A stretch of DNA of 64,000 nt from Hypanus sabinus. Lineage: Eukaryota. Below, one piece after another: positions 1 through 11,945 of this stretch (the first letter of the stretch is position 1; each line of letters starts with the position of its first letter). The DNA lies in the NCBI RefSeq assembly GCF_030144855.1, contig NC_082707.1, positions 118,544,001 to 118,608,000 of the forward strand, written 5' to 3'. The translations under genes and the position numbers were made by a program. The notes under the pieces are model-generated. The model was not told the origin of the DNA and ran no database searches. It saw nothing but the letters and a program-made list of their open reading frames with translations.

Positions 1-1284
1 GTAGTTTCACGATTTGACCATTCAGGGGCTCTCAGTGAAGCACGGAATTGTTTCCACATCCTTAGCCAAAAACAGGCTGTATTAAGTTTTTCAGTTCAAA
101 GTGTTACCTAAATTCTCTGAGGTCATTTGCCCCACACACTTTCCTTCTCATTTGAAACACAAGACTGCCACATCCTAATTCAGTCCAGCAAAATCTTTCT
201 GTTGTGAATTTGTTATTCTGCACATCTGTAATTGTACTCTCTCAGCCAATGATGGCTGCGTATTAGCTGCCCCAATCTTTGGAATTCTCTTCATAAGTTT
301 TCCCACCTCTCTATCTCCTCCACTGCTTGTTAATGTGACCCTTCACCTGATGTGATATTTTGTGGTATTTTCTTTGAAACCTCCTTCCATTAGTATGGAG
401 TAATGCTTTATAGTGCAAGTTCATGGGAGAATCACAATTATGGAGCGAGATTCAGTTGCAACTGAGAGTTCACAAACCACTGGTACCCCTGCCATGCTTG
501 CCATTTGAGGACAGGCTGCTCCTTGCCATGTCTCCATTTCAAAATGTTGCAAGCAGTCAGCTCCTCATGAACCGGTTAATTGTAGCTTCCTTGTTACAAA
601 TTAAAGGCTGACACTTGGTGCTGGATGTGAATCTTTCACAGGATGGGAATTTATTCTGAATTTGGGAGGTTCATCACATTGAGTCACTTTCCTTTCTGTT
701 TTCTACTTATTCTGCTGCTCTGAGAGCACCAACTTCCTGGGTCAATGATTTGATGATGATTCTAGAGCACATCCTGCAGCTTGCATGTTGTTTTGCATGA
801 GTGGAGCATTATCTTAGTTGTCTATCCAACAACGTCAAAGTTTAATCTTAGCTGTAGATTTCACCATCATTTAGCCATGCACTCTGCAATGTAAATGATC
901 ATTAATGTAAGGGCTTGTGTCTCTTTTCACTTAACTATAGGTAATGGAAGGTGCTCCGTGAACATGTGTGTATCTTTTTAATCCTGAGTTCTAATATTAA
1001 AATTGTAACTATGCACTCAAGTGAGATTGGTTGATAAAGTATTCCATTACACTTAGATCTTTCTGATGTGAAAGGATTCCCAAAGCATATGCAGGTTCAT
1101 ATCTTTCAGGGGAAAATGTTTATATTAGCTAGTCACACAGTCTGTAATCACATCTCAATGGAGATGTTACTTCATTGATCTTCTCAAGGATCTATTATAG
1201 CCCAAATTATTGTGGATTTACTTATTGATTCACCCGCGAATGCTATGCTGCATTATCTCTGACGAAGAGGCTTCTTGTGTCCAT

Positions 1285-1722
1285 TGTGGTTTAGCTCACT
1301 CACCTTTGGTAACCACCAGACACTCAACTGTGGCTCCAAGTAGCTGTTTTCATGTGACAGTGTCCACACTCCAGCACAGGTGAGGTTACCCAGCACGGCT
1401 TATACCCCAGGGAGATAGGGACCGTGCCTGACATAGCATGTAAAGTCAGCCATGGCAGACTGGGTGGATGAAATCAACAGTGAGATCCAATGGCTAGGAG
1501 GGTAGTTCTGCAACACGAGATGGAGAGTGAAGGGCATGACAAGGGAGCAAAGTAGTCGTGGTCATCTACTGCAACCAAGCAAGACCCCGGCTGTGATGAC
1601 AACTCATATCACTGGATCTGGACTTCTGAGGTTGAGAGAGTAGAACTGCCCCAGTGCAGTTCACATCATCTAAAGACAAACTGCACAAATCTAACTGTCA
1701 TCGTCAGAGCTGAAGGACAACC
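1285..1722 (-). mobile_element. Unclassified repeat, possibly the 5' UTR region of an RTE-clade LINE or a derived SINE
   Basis: More GC-rich block with no ORF. The minus strand starts ggttgtccttcagctctgacgatgac, reminiscent of RTE/BovB-type 5' ends. Recognised from memory only. Confidence 0.3.
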
Positions 1723-2732
1723 AATTGTTAATTAGTAATACGTTATAATAGGAAAAATAATGATAAAGAAAAACTGGCAAATCAATAACCAGAGATTGAA
1801 GATATTAATAAATGAATCAAGGAGTACTTTTGGAGAATTTTGTTGAGGCAATGGAATTAGATCTGAAATTGGTATTGAAAGGGGAAATTACTTGACATTG
1901 CCTGATATTACTTGAAAAATAAAAAAAATGGATATTAGAAATAGTTCCAATTAGAACTAGAGCACAACAAATTGAATGGATTTTTAGAGAATAATCATTT
2001 TCTTGAGAAGCTGATTGAGTTCTTCTGCTCGGTCATTTGATATGCAAGGACTAATCTATAGTTAAGTTCAGGGACAAATTTTCTCACCATTTTCACTAAA
2101 TAAACATGGCATTCATTTACCTGCTTGTAGTACTAATTATTTATCCATAGGTGTCAGTGGTTTGCTAGTTTCAGAATCAATGCTTCGTTCACATCTGAAT
2201 TTGTTTTATTCAGTATTTTTGGAATTGAGTTTGTGCTTATTCAGATATAACAGAAAGTAATCAGTGCGAGTAGCAAGTTCTCCCAGTTGAGTATAGAAGA
2301 AGTCTGCCTCATTAAACATGTACCATTTCAGTTATATGTAAATATGTTTATATATGAAACTTTCTACACAATGCCACATTTAACACTTGCAAGGTAATAT
2401 AGAATTAATTTAATACTTTTTGCTGGGATATATCAGTCTAGTATATACAGCATAGCACTAATTTCAGAGCAAGTATGGCAAGAGTTAAATGTGAAATAAA
2501 CTCCACTCTTAACACATGAAGTGTATACAGGATAAAACACCCTCCCAATTGATCTATCAAATATTCTTGAGTTATGTGTAGCATAGGTTAAATTTACAGT
2601 AGAGGCCACTTTACCCTGTCTTACCTGAACAAAAAGAAAAGTAGTCCTGCATGATCTATCCAAACACTACCAAGTGCAGAGTGAGCTAGCCTTAGTTTAA
2701 AATTTTCTTTAGACACTGAAGTCCTTCTCTCT

Positions 2733-2847
2733 GAACAACACATACACAAAAAAAAGAGTACAGTCAACGTTTCGGGCTGAGACCTTTGTTGAAGGGTCTC
2801 AGCCTGAAATGTTGATTATACTTTTTTTCATAGATGCTGCCTGCTGA
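2733..2847. mobile_element. Head-to-head pair of PLE 3'-tail/hammerhead fragments (fold-back)
   Basis: gtcaacgtttcgggctgagaccttt followed by gttgaagggtctcagcctgaaatgttgat forms an inverted repeat. Both arms match the PLE tails at 4327-4466 and 50204-50335. Confidence 0.8.
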
Positions 2848-2854
2848 CACAAAA

Positions 2855-3090
2855 CAACCATTTCATAACTCTTGGCAGTGACAAGAAACCTGATTCTGAT
2901 CCTGACCGGCTTGTTCAAGCACTTCATGATGGTGGATGTTAGAGCCACTAGGCAGCAGTAATTAAGGCATTTTATCTTGTTTTTCTTAGACACTGGGTTG
3001 ATAATAGGTTTCTTAAAGCAAATTAAAACCGGCGGAGGTGAGAAATGTCTCCAAATACCCTGTCTAGCTGATCTGTGCAGGATCTAAGGA
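2855..3090 (-). pseudogene. Rex1/Babar LINE RT fragment
   Basis: ORF 2799-2993(-) KKNKIKCLNYCCLVALTSTIMKCL matches the Rex1 motif PKK...CLNDYRPVALTSxIMKCFERL. Confidence 0.75.
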
Positions 3091-3149
3091 GATGCAGTCT
3101 TCATGTTGGGGTATTTGATGTCAGTTTCTTCAAATGTGGTGAACATTGC

Positions 3150-3470
3150 TTTTGTGCCGTCCTTCAAGATGGTGAAGCATTGCCTCCTTAAAGTGCTGTA
3201 GCCCTTCTGAAGAAGATGCTTCCATAATGTTATTCAGTTAGGGCATAAACCGGTATCGATGGGGAAAAAATAGTAATTTCTTCTTCTCAGGATGGTGTGT
3301 GACTTGGGAAGACAGAAAGCTTTAGAGTTGTGGGAGATGCTGTGGGAAAAGCTTTAGCAATCATTGCTTTGCATTGTGTAGACGATGTGCATTGCAGCCA
3401 TGGTATGCTGGAAATGAAGGGAGAGAATATCCATGTTGGTCGACAGAGTGCTGTCGGGACTGATGGTTTA
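3150..3470 (-). mobile_element. Degenerate CR1-type LINE 3' fragment
   Basis: caggatggtgtgtgacttgg-type antisense 3' sequence. A related plus-strand piece lies at about 33180-33300. Confidence 0.4.
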
Positions 3471-3596
3471 TTCTAGATGTGATGTGCTTATGTATGCAAT
3501 TACTCTCTTGCATGTGCGTTAACTTGGGTAGACAGCCAGAGGCAAACTCACAGGCTTATGGAGATATTCATTTGCTCACAATCATTATTTTACACT

Positions 3597-4466
3597 CAAC
3601 AAGATCCCACCACCAAGCACATCTTTCCCTCTGCCCCATCTACCCACTTTCCACAGGGACTCCCTTGTCCAGTCATCTCTCCCCACCAATCTCCCTCCTG
3701 GCAAGTGGAACAAGTGCCATACCTTCTCCCTCACTACCATTCAGGCCTAAACAGTCCTTCCAGGAGAGGTGACACTTCACCTGTGAGTTTGTTGGGGTCA
3801 CCTGCTGTACCTGGTGCTCCCAGTGTGGCCTCCTGTAGCACCAACAAAGATTGGGAGACTACTTTGCTCAGCGCCAATGCTCAGTCTGCCTGAAAAAGTG
3901 GGACCTCCTGGTGGACGCCCATTTTAATTCTGTTTCCCATTCCCACTCTGACATGTTAGTCCATGGCCTCCTCTACTGTCGCGATGATACCACACTGAAG
4001 ATGGAGGAGCTACACTTTGCATTCTGTCTGGGTAGCCTCCAACCTGATGGCGCGAACATTGATTTCTCAAACTTACGGTAATTCCCCACCCCTCCCTCCC
4101 TTCACCATTCCCATTCCGTTTCCCTATCTCACTTTATCTCCTTACCTGCATCTTCCATCATCTTCCTCTGGTGCTCTTTCCCCTTCTCCAACCCTTTATC
4201 TTTTTCACCAATCAACTTCCCAGCTCTTACTTCACCACCCCCTTCTGGTTTCACCTATCACCTATATGTTGCAGTTTTCCCTCTCCTCCTCACGCCTTCT
4301 TACTCTGACTTCTCATCCTTTTTCTCCAACCCTGAATAAGGGTTTCGATCCAAAACATTGGGTGTTTACACTTTTCCATAGATGCTGTCTGGCCTGCTGA
4401 ATTCCTCCAGCGTTTTGTGTGTGTTGCTTGGATTTCCAGCATCGGCAGATTTTCTCTTGTTTGTGA
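3597..4466 (+). mobile_element. Penelope-like element (Neptune-type), 5'-truncated: GIY-YIG end, pyrimidine-rich 3' region and HHR-bearing tail
   Basis: ORFs QDPTTKHIFPS and LGDYFAQRQCSV..DLLVDAHFNSVSHSHSDMLVHGLLYCRDDTTLKMEELH..LGSLQPDGANIDFSN are paralogous to 23035-23358 and 49437-49976. The tail ends cagattttctcttgtttgtga. Confidence 0.9.
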
Positions 4467-5261
4467 TTCTTTTATACTTACTGGGTTCACAATTGCCTTC
4501 TTGCTCAGGCATGCATAATAAACACTCATTTGTAGCTATGTTTGCACATTTTACACACTTCTGTGCATGCAGAGCATGGTGACAGCAGTATGGCCTCCTG
4601 CTTGTGAGTAGTTCAACATACTCTAGGGAATGCCTGACTAGAATCCTACCAGATTGTGAAATCACTACTAGTCCTAAAGGCAAAATGTATGGATCAGTGA
4701 GGCTCAGAGGAGAAAGTTATAAGATTCAGACAGAACTAAACAGCAAGCGATTTGGACCACTGGCATTTTGTTAGAAATCCACCAGCAGTGATTACTAAAA
4801 GAGTACTGTTAGCCTTGGATTCCACTGATGATATAGAGTTAGATTTAATGGTGTATTAAAGGCCAAGTGAAACAGATGTGCAGAGCTTCAGAAAAATGTT
4901 TGAGCTGAAGAGTTGTGGGTGTGGGGATTAAATGGGAAGTAGTACAAGTGGGTAACTAAATACACATTCAGGGATATGCTCAGAGCAGAAACACTATTGC
5001 TAAAATTACAGAGAATAAGTAAGCAGCTCAGAATCAGCCTGAAGGCAGGATAAAATTAAAATTACGGTCCTGGTAATCAGAGTACTGGGACTTAGAAGTC
5101 ATTTGAGGATAGTGAAACATGAATGAAGAAGACAGCATAGCAGGAAATTCTGGAAAGGAGCCAATGATACTAGGTTTGATACAAACTAAATGTATGATCA
5201 AGAACATATGGGTGTTTTATGAGAGATTTTGCCTAAAGCTGCTTGTATCAGACATCTTGTC

Positions 5262-5465
5262 CTTCAGATGAGATGTTAAGCCACAAACTCTGCAGGACCA
5301 TGTTGGAAAGGGAAACACTTTCCCAGTGTCCAGTTAATATTCATCTGGCAAATTGTAACTGTTCTGTTTGTGGGAGCTTGCTGTGCACAAATTGGCTGCC
5401 AGCTGTAAAGGATTGTGTGTATCCTGGAAGTTGTGAGGAATATAGAAGCAAACATGACTTTTTTT
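5262..5465 (+). mobile_element. DeuSINE/SacSINE1-like remnant
   Basis: tcagatgagatgttaagc...ctgtttgtgggagcttgctgtgcacaaattggctgcc matches the Deu-domain core. Confidence 0.65.
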
Positions 5466-6489
5466 TACAAAGTGGACAGTGTACCATTGGCATGCCTTTT
5501 AATGTGATTTAAGATTAATTTATATCAGAATATTGATATATGACTATAGCTTGGGCTCACTCTAGATCCATAAAGCGGAGGAGGTCCTTAGGAGACTATG
5601 TGGTGGCCACCTCAGCCCACATAATACACTCCATACAATTTTTCTCGCCACTCCAGGAAGACCATTCTGTAGAAATAACCCCTTTGTGCTATGATACAAA
5701 GGCAGTCCTTTGCTGTGGTTAATGTTTTAGGTAGGGTGCAGAAAGATTCCCTTGGGCATGAAGGTGTTAAAGTGGAATCATTTCCCCTCCCCCTCCCATG
5801 CCGTGAATGGAGAACGAACAGATGTTCTGTCTGAGACACTGCATTATAACAGCCAAAAAGAGCCAGGAAGTTTCCCAAAGCCAGTTTAGAGAGACACTGC
5901 TCCTTTTGTAGGCCCCGAACAATCTTATGCACACAACATCCTCTCATTCCCCTCTGTCTTATCCTGCTCTCACAAACCACCTCCAAAATGTGCTCAAATA
6001 CATAGAACAGTTCCAAAGAAGTAGTGTTCTCATTTTCTGTAAGATTTGGGGTGAAAATCTGAAGTAAACTTAAAATCTGAAAGTGGTGTTTGTGAATACA
6101 CTAGGTTTAACCCATCATGTACCAAAGCAGAATGATCGGATTTTACGATTGCTTGTCCATAGATGTCACTATCACATATTTTCCTATTCTTCCCCCCATT
6201 TCTGATTAAATGGTTTTCTGTTTTATAATTTTGCATCCAGTTTCCTTTTAAAAACAACAACTTTAGGTTCTGTTTTTTGGTAATATTTTTCCATTTCTCT
6301 CTTTTATAAGGTCAGCGTGGGCAACTTTTAGAATTTAACTTTGTGTTATCAACTTTTCAGTGAAACATTCTTATATTCCTGTGAGCAATTATCCTTTTTC
6401 CTAAGTGTAATTGAAAAGTGAACTAATAAGTGAACTAGAGGGATGCCAAGGTCTTAAACAGTCCTTCCAGGTGAGACAGACATTCGCGT

Positions 6490-7560
6490 TCCTAGACATG
6501 TGCTTAAATAACTACAGCCCAATGGCTCTGACATCTACCATCATTAAGGTGCTTTGGGAGGCTGGTTATGGCATACATTAGCTCTTGCCTCTCAGACAAC
6601 CTTGACTCACTGCAATTTGCCTATCGCCGAAACAGATCTACAATCTCCCAGGCCCGACATTCATCTCTGGAGCATCTGAACAGTAAAGGAACCCATGTCA
6701 AACTATAGTTTAGGGTTAGGGTTAAATTCTTTGCTCTGCAATGGGATTCTTGACTTCCTGGCCAAGAGACTGCACTCAGTAATGATAGGCAGCAACATCT
6801 CTGCCACAATTATTCTAAATACTGGTACTCCACATGGTTACATCTTCAACCCCCTACTCTACTCCCAAAACACTAGTGACTGCATGGCATTCTACAAGTT
6901 TGCTGTCGTTCTCACTGTATTTGGCCATATCTTGAATATTAATGAGTCCCAAGTACAGAAAGGAGATAGAGAGCTTAGTAGCATGGTGCCAAGACAGGAA
7001 CATTTCTCTCAATGTCATCAGAACAGAAGACCTGGTCGATGACTTCAGGAAGAATGGCAGAGTACATACTCCTGTTCACATCATTGATGTTGAGGTTGAC
7101 AGGACTGAGGGCTTCAGGTTCTTAGGAATGAACATCACCAACAGCATGTCCTAGTCCAACCACATAGATAGCATGGCCAAAAGAGCTCACCAGTGCCTCT
7201 ATTTCCTCAGGAGGCTGAAGAAATTTGATGTGTTTCTGTTGAGATTTATATTGATGCATCGTAGAAAGCAACCTATTTGGATACATAACAGTTTGCTATG
7301 ACAACTGCTCTGTGCATGACCACAAGGAACTGCGGATTTGTGGACACAGTTCAGCACATCATGGAAACTGGCCTCCTCTCAATGGACTCTAGTTATTCTT
7401 GTTGCTTCAATAAATTAGCTAGTATAATAAAAAATCCCACCCACCCCAGACAATCTCTCTCCTCCTGATTTCTATCAGATACAAAAAGCCTGAAAGAACG
7501 TTCCACCAGGCTCAAGGCCAGCTTCTACCCTGCAGTTTTAAGACTGCCAAACAGTTCCCT
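6490..7560 (+). pseudogene. Rex1/Babar LINE RT to C-terminal fragment
   Basis: LCNGILDFL..HSVMIGSNISATIILNTGTPHG..NPLLYS; YRKEIESLVAWCQDRNISLNVIRTEDLVDDFRK; FRFLGMNITNS. Frameshifted. Confidence 0.85.
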
Positions 7561-7619
7561 AGTATGATAAGGTGGACTATTGACTTCACAATCTATCTCC
7601 CTATGGTCTTGCAGCTTAT

Positions 7620-8350
7620 TAGGAAGGTGCAGGCTGACCTCTCCTCACAGCATGTAAACAGCTCCTCCAAGGAGGGAGTTTGGAGCAGCAAATTTCTGGG
7701 GGTGCATATAAAGGACAATTTCACCTTGTCTCTCAGCACCACTTTTTAAATCAAGAAAGCACAGCAGTGTCCCCATTTCCTGAGGAGATTGAGTTGAGTG
7801 AGGCCTCACCCACCTCCAACCTGTTCAGTGTAACCAATTTTTACAATAGTTTTTCTTTACAAGAGCAGTATTGAGAGTGTTCTGACCAGTTGCATCACTG
7901 TTGGTACAGGAATTGGAAGGCATCTGTTTGCAAGACGCCACCAAGGATTGCAAGTACTGCTGAGAGGATCATTGGGCTCTCTCTTGCACCCATCCCAAAG
8001 TATTATTCAGAAACCTGTGTATGCAAGGCCCCTCCCCCTCCCCCTCCTATCAGACAGAAGGTACCATAGCACTGGACAAGGACTGTTAGGATGCGGATCA
8101 GCTTCTTCCCTCAGGCTGTGAGACTACTGAACTCCCTGCCACCACCAAGGTTTCAATTATGAGGTGCCAGTAATGTTATGGTATTTACATTTTTTTACTT
8201 GTATCGTAAATGCATCTTAAGCTAAATGCCAATATTCTGGAATGTATATAATTTATTTGAGGTAATATTGCTTTATGTGCTGTGTGTGAGTTATGTGTAC
8301 ACCTTGGTCCAGAGGAAAGTTGTTTCATTTGGCGGTATGCATGTACAATG
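7620..8350 (+). pseudogene. Second Rex1/Babar 3' fragment with 3' UTR
   Basis: SSKFLGVHIKDNFT.., ESVLTSCIT.., and a SFFPQAVRLLN-like end near 8100-8135. Confidence 0.7.
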
Positions 8351-8358
8351 CAAACTAG

Positions 8359-8668
8359 ATGGGTTGTAGAGGTTTCGCTGGCTACTCACTCTGCAGAACC
8401 TACTCTCTCCTCAGCATTACAAGGGCTGCAAAGGGAAGAAACATCAGGACCATCACAGAGGCTGCTGAGGGAGCCTCCAGGTGGCTATGGATCAAGAGGT
8501 GTGACCCATGGACCAGTGCTGCTGGGACATGTGAAGAAGCCTGATCAACTTTGGCTGGGTCACTTGGGTGAGAGTGCCTGATGCTGAAAGACCCGAAGCA
8601 CCCAATGATCCAGGTTACATCATGGATGATGTGGATGATGAGTTCCAGTGCATCCTAGGGATATATCT
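8359..8668 (+). mobile_element. HERO-like (RLE-domain) non-LTR retrotransposon 3' end
   Basis: ORF 8359-8544 (V)GCRGFAGYSLCRTYSLLSITRAAKGRNIRTITEAAEGASRWLWIKRCDPW matches the EVGCRGF...AAERASRWLWIKR C-terminus of HERO-clade restriction-like endonucleases. A short structured 3' UTR follows. Confidence 0.7.
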
Positions 8669-10049
8669 CACCATTATACGGTTGAACCTGAGCAAGATAA
8701 ATGCATGAGGGAGAAATGAATAGAAGGTAATGCTGATAGGATAATATAAGTTAGAGCAATTTGAGCACGAATGCCAGTGAGTTAAGACAAATGGCCAACT
8801 TGGCTTTGCAAGGAATTTTGTGATTTAAATACTCTAGAAGTTGTAATAATTAAACTCATAAGGCATATTAATTACCTAGCGGTGCTCCTGTTCAGGAGGC
8901 TGTATAGCTTCATTGGACTCTAGAGCACACAGCTTGTAATATTGCAGATACGCTAATCTGCAAACTTTGCCTGCGTAGACTGAACACAATGACCCTAACA
9001 ATAACCATATGTATTTTGAACCTGTTTAAAGTCTCCTAGCTTTTATATCAATTCTCTTAAAGCATGAATGTTGACTAAAACTTCCAGCCTGTCAGCAACA
9101 ACATTCGGTCATTTAAGAGGTCAGTGCGTAAATTCAACTTGTCCAAATTTTAGTGGGATATTTTTTTCTTATTCCTTGAAACTTTTTGAATTTCTATCAA
9201 TTGTCAGGCCTTATATAAATATGAGTTTAGGCTGGTCCAGTCATGAGGGACTTAGTCTAATTTAGTTTGGAGAAACTGTGTTTACTTACATTAGAACAGA
9301 ATGCTAAAAAAGATATGGAATAGTGTTGTTCAAAATCAAAAGGGTCTCATGTATCTGGAAGGATATGACCTTGCAGCAGTTTAGCATTGTGGCAAATGGA
9401 TGGCAAAGATTTGAAATGCAGAAAAGATGAAGTGTTGTGATATGTAGTGCCTTTAAGTATGGTGGTAACTGATTCTGTAGTAGATTTATAAAGAACAAAC
9501 TTGAAAATTCAGGACTGAGGGAAGAGAACAGGAGATGGGGATTGATTGGATCAATTCAAAGAACCAGCAGAAGCACAAAGAGCCTTTTATCCTGAACTGC
9601 ATGATTCTATAATTTGCCAAACAAGCGTATAAGAGAAAGAAAACATGCTCTTAATCCTGCAAGAGTATAAGAAACTGACCCATTGCTCTCTCTGAAGCCA
9701 TTTAGAGAGTGAGTAAAGGTGGCACAAACAAATGAATGCATTTGTACCCAAGGAGCTGAGCTGCAAGCTGGAATTCCACACGCAGTCCCTGCGAGTTCTC
9801 CTGCTGGGCTGTGGTCATGTAGTACTCTGTTTGGTACTGACCCGTGTAATGCTTCAGCTCAATCAAAAAATAAAGTGTTTCTACGGCTGGCTTAGTGTGT
9901 CAATACTGACATCTGTTAAAGGCTTCAAACTCTTCAAAAAGCAGTTGTTTGTTCTTAGTGGCCTGCAGTTTAGACTGAGTGCTCTGAAGGTTACAAAGTG
10001 CATTCAGAATGAAAGACTGACCACAATAATAAACTAAGTAATTTTAGGC

Positions 10050-11480
10050 CCGTTGGGTTAACTTTAGCGATGGGCAAATTATTGGAGTTGATTCTAAGGA
10101 AAAGTATGAGCCTTCCTAGAGAAAGTTGTAGATTAATTGGGTACAACCAGCATGGATTTGCTAGGGGAAGGTCAAGTCTGAATAACTTGATTTAATTCTT
10201 TGAGGACATTTGGTGAGAGTGGTGTGGCGTTTAGAAAGGCTTCATATTAGCAAGCTGGTCAAAGAGTAAAGGTCCAGTGGCAAGTTGGATCCAAAATTGG
10301 CTCAGTGGTGTTGTTCAGGACACTTTTTTTTAAACTGCAGGGCAGTCCCAGTGGGAATCCATAGAACTCTAAGCTCAGTCCTTGTTTTACATAAAATACA
10401 GTTCTGATTTATTATATGTAGTAAAGTAGTATCTATGATATGAGTGTAGGGTTCAGAAGTTCACAGCCAACAATGTTGAATGCAGAAACAGCATCATGTT
10501 TAAGAATTTCTAGGATGAGTAACTGAAATGCTGTGATCTAAATGTAGGGGATGTGATGAAGAATTTTAGAGGTAATCAATACTTGTAGTTTACAGTGAGG
10601 GGGAAAACTTCAAACAGTAGGAAGATATAGGTGACACACACCAAATGTTGGAGGAACTCAGCAGGCCAGGTCTATGATCCTGCTGAAGGGTCTCAGCCTG
10701 AAACATCATCCGGACTCTTTCATAGATGCTGCCTGGTCTGCTGAGTTCCTCCAGCATTTTGTGTGTGTTGCTTGGATGTCCAGCACCTGCAGATGTTTTC
10801 TTGTTTGTGATAGGAAGATACAAGTCATTTGTGCCAAAGAATTTCAAGTAGAATTTAATTTATAGAGTTGAAATAGTCCAGGTAGAGAAATGCGACAAGG
10901 TCAAGAGAATATACAATTAATGGGATAAACTTGAATGGTGTGGTGGAACAGAGAATCATGGACTGTGAAAGGTAGCAAAGTAAGTCAATAAGATAGTTAA
11001 TACGTATGGATTATTTTCCTCTGTTAGACAAAGCATAAAATATATAAGCAAGGAGGTTATGGTAGAACAGTACACCACACTAGGTAGGCCTCAGCTTGAC
11101 TATTCTTGCTGTTCTGGTCAGCAGACTATAGGAGAGATGTGATTGCTCTGGAGCAAGTACAAAGGAGATCAATGAAGTATTGCTATGACTGGAGTTTTGT
11201 AGCTATGAGGAAAGACTGGATAAGATCAAGTTGTTTTCTTTGAAATAGAGTAGGTTAAGAAGGGACCTGAAAAAGGTATAGAAAACAGAGGGGTTTAATG
11301 CAAGTAAGGAGATCTGTTTCCTTTCGCAGAAGAGATATAGATTTAAAGTAACTGTTAGAAGTATTACAGGACAAATAAGGCAAATAAATCACCTGAAAAG
11401 TAGTAGAGGTTTAGAACACACAGTCTGCAAGGTTGGTTGAGATAGAAACCTACATAATATTTAAGTGTTCAAGGATATTT
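10050..11480 (+). pseudogene. Highly degenerate CR1 LINE (RT to 3' end), interrupted by a PLE tail
   Basis: aaccagcatggatttgctaggggaaggtca (QHGF.GRS), ggtaggcctcagcttgactat (RPQLEY-like) and CR1 3' motifs. Confidence 0.6.
10633..10810 (+). mobile_element. Short non-coding PLE-tail element with hammerhead motif and 5' inverted segment
   Basis: HHR-like CTGCTGA-A-GGG-tctcag-CCT-GAAAC at 10680-10704, with the tail running to gtttgtga at 10810. 10634-10670 is an inverted copy of 10732-10767. Confidence 0.85.
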
Positions 11481-11699
11481 AATGAAGTGTCATAACTGGA
11501 AGATGGGATTACATTGGGTTGTTCTCTTTCACCAGCTTCAACACATTAGGCCAAAGAAACTCCACTTGTTTTGTAAATTTTCTGTGATTCACTCCTTTAT
11601 TCACAAATGTGTGGACCAAGTCTTTTCAAAAAAAGAAAGCTTCGCTAAGGGGAAGAAATGCGTCAAATGAGCAAATCCATTCAAAAGACTTAAACAAAT

Positions 11700-11945
11700 A
11701 ATGGGCCATAAGACTTGTTCTTGTGCTGTATGATTGTAAGGTTCCTGAATCAAGCTGCATCGATAATCCAGGTTCCTCTTGAAGGATTTGCCAGTGGATG
11801 CAGTATTTGACATACATCCATACTTGGGTATCTGCTGCATATTGAGTGAACCTTTGGTTTTCAGCTGTACTTTCCTTGATTATCATCCAATGGCTCTTCA
11901 TTAGTCGGGGCTTGTTGAGGGACATAGGTGAGGATAGGATCATCT
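11700..11945 (-). pseudogene. Possible ancient LINE RT remnant
   Basis: Only QYAADTQV (similar to YADDTQL) in ORF 11626-11943(-). Confidence 0.3.
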
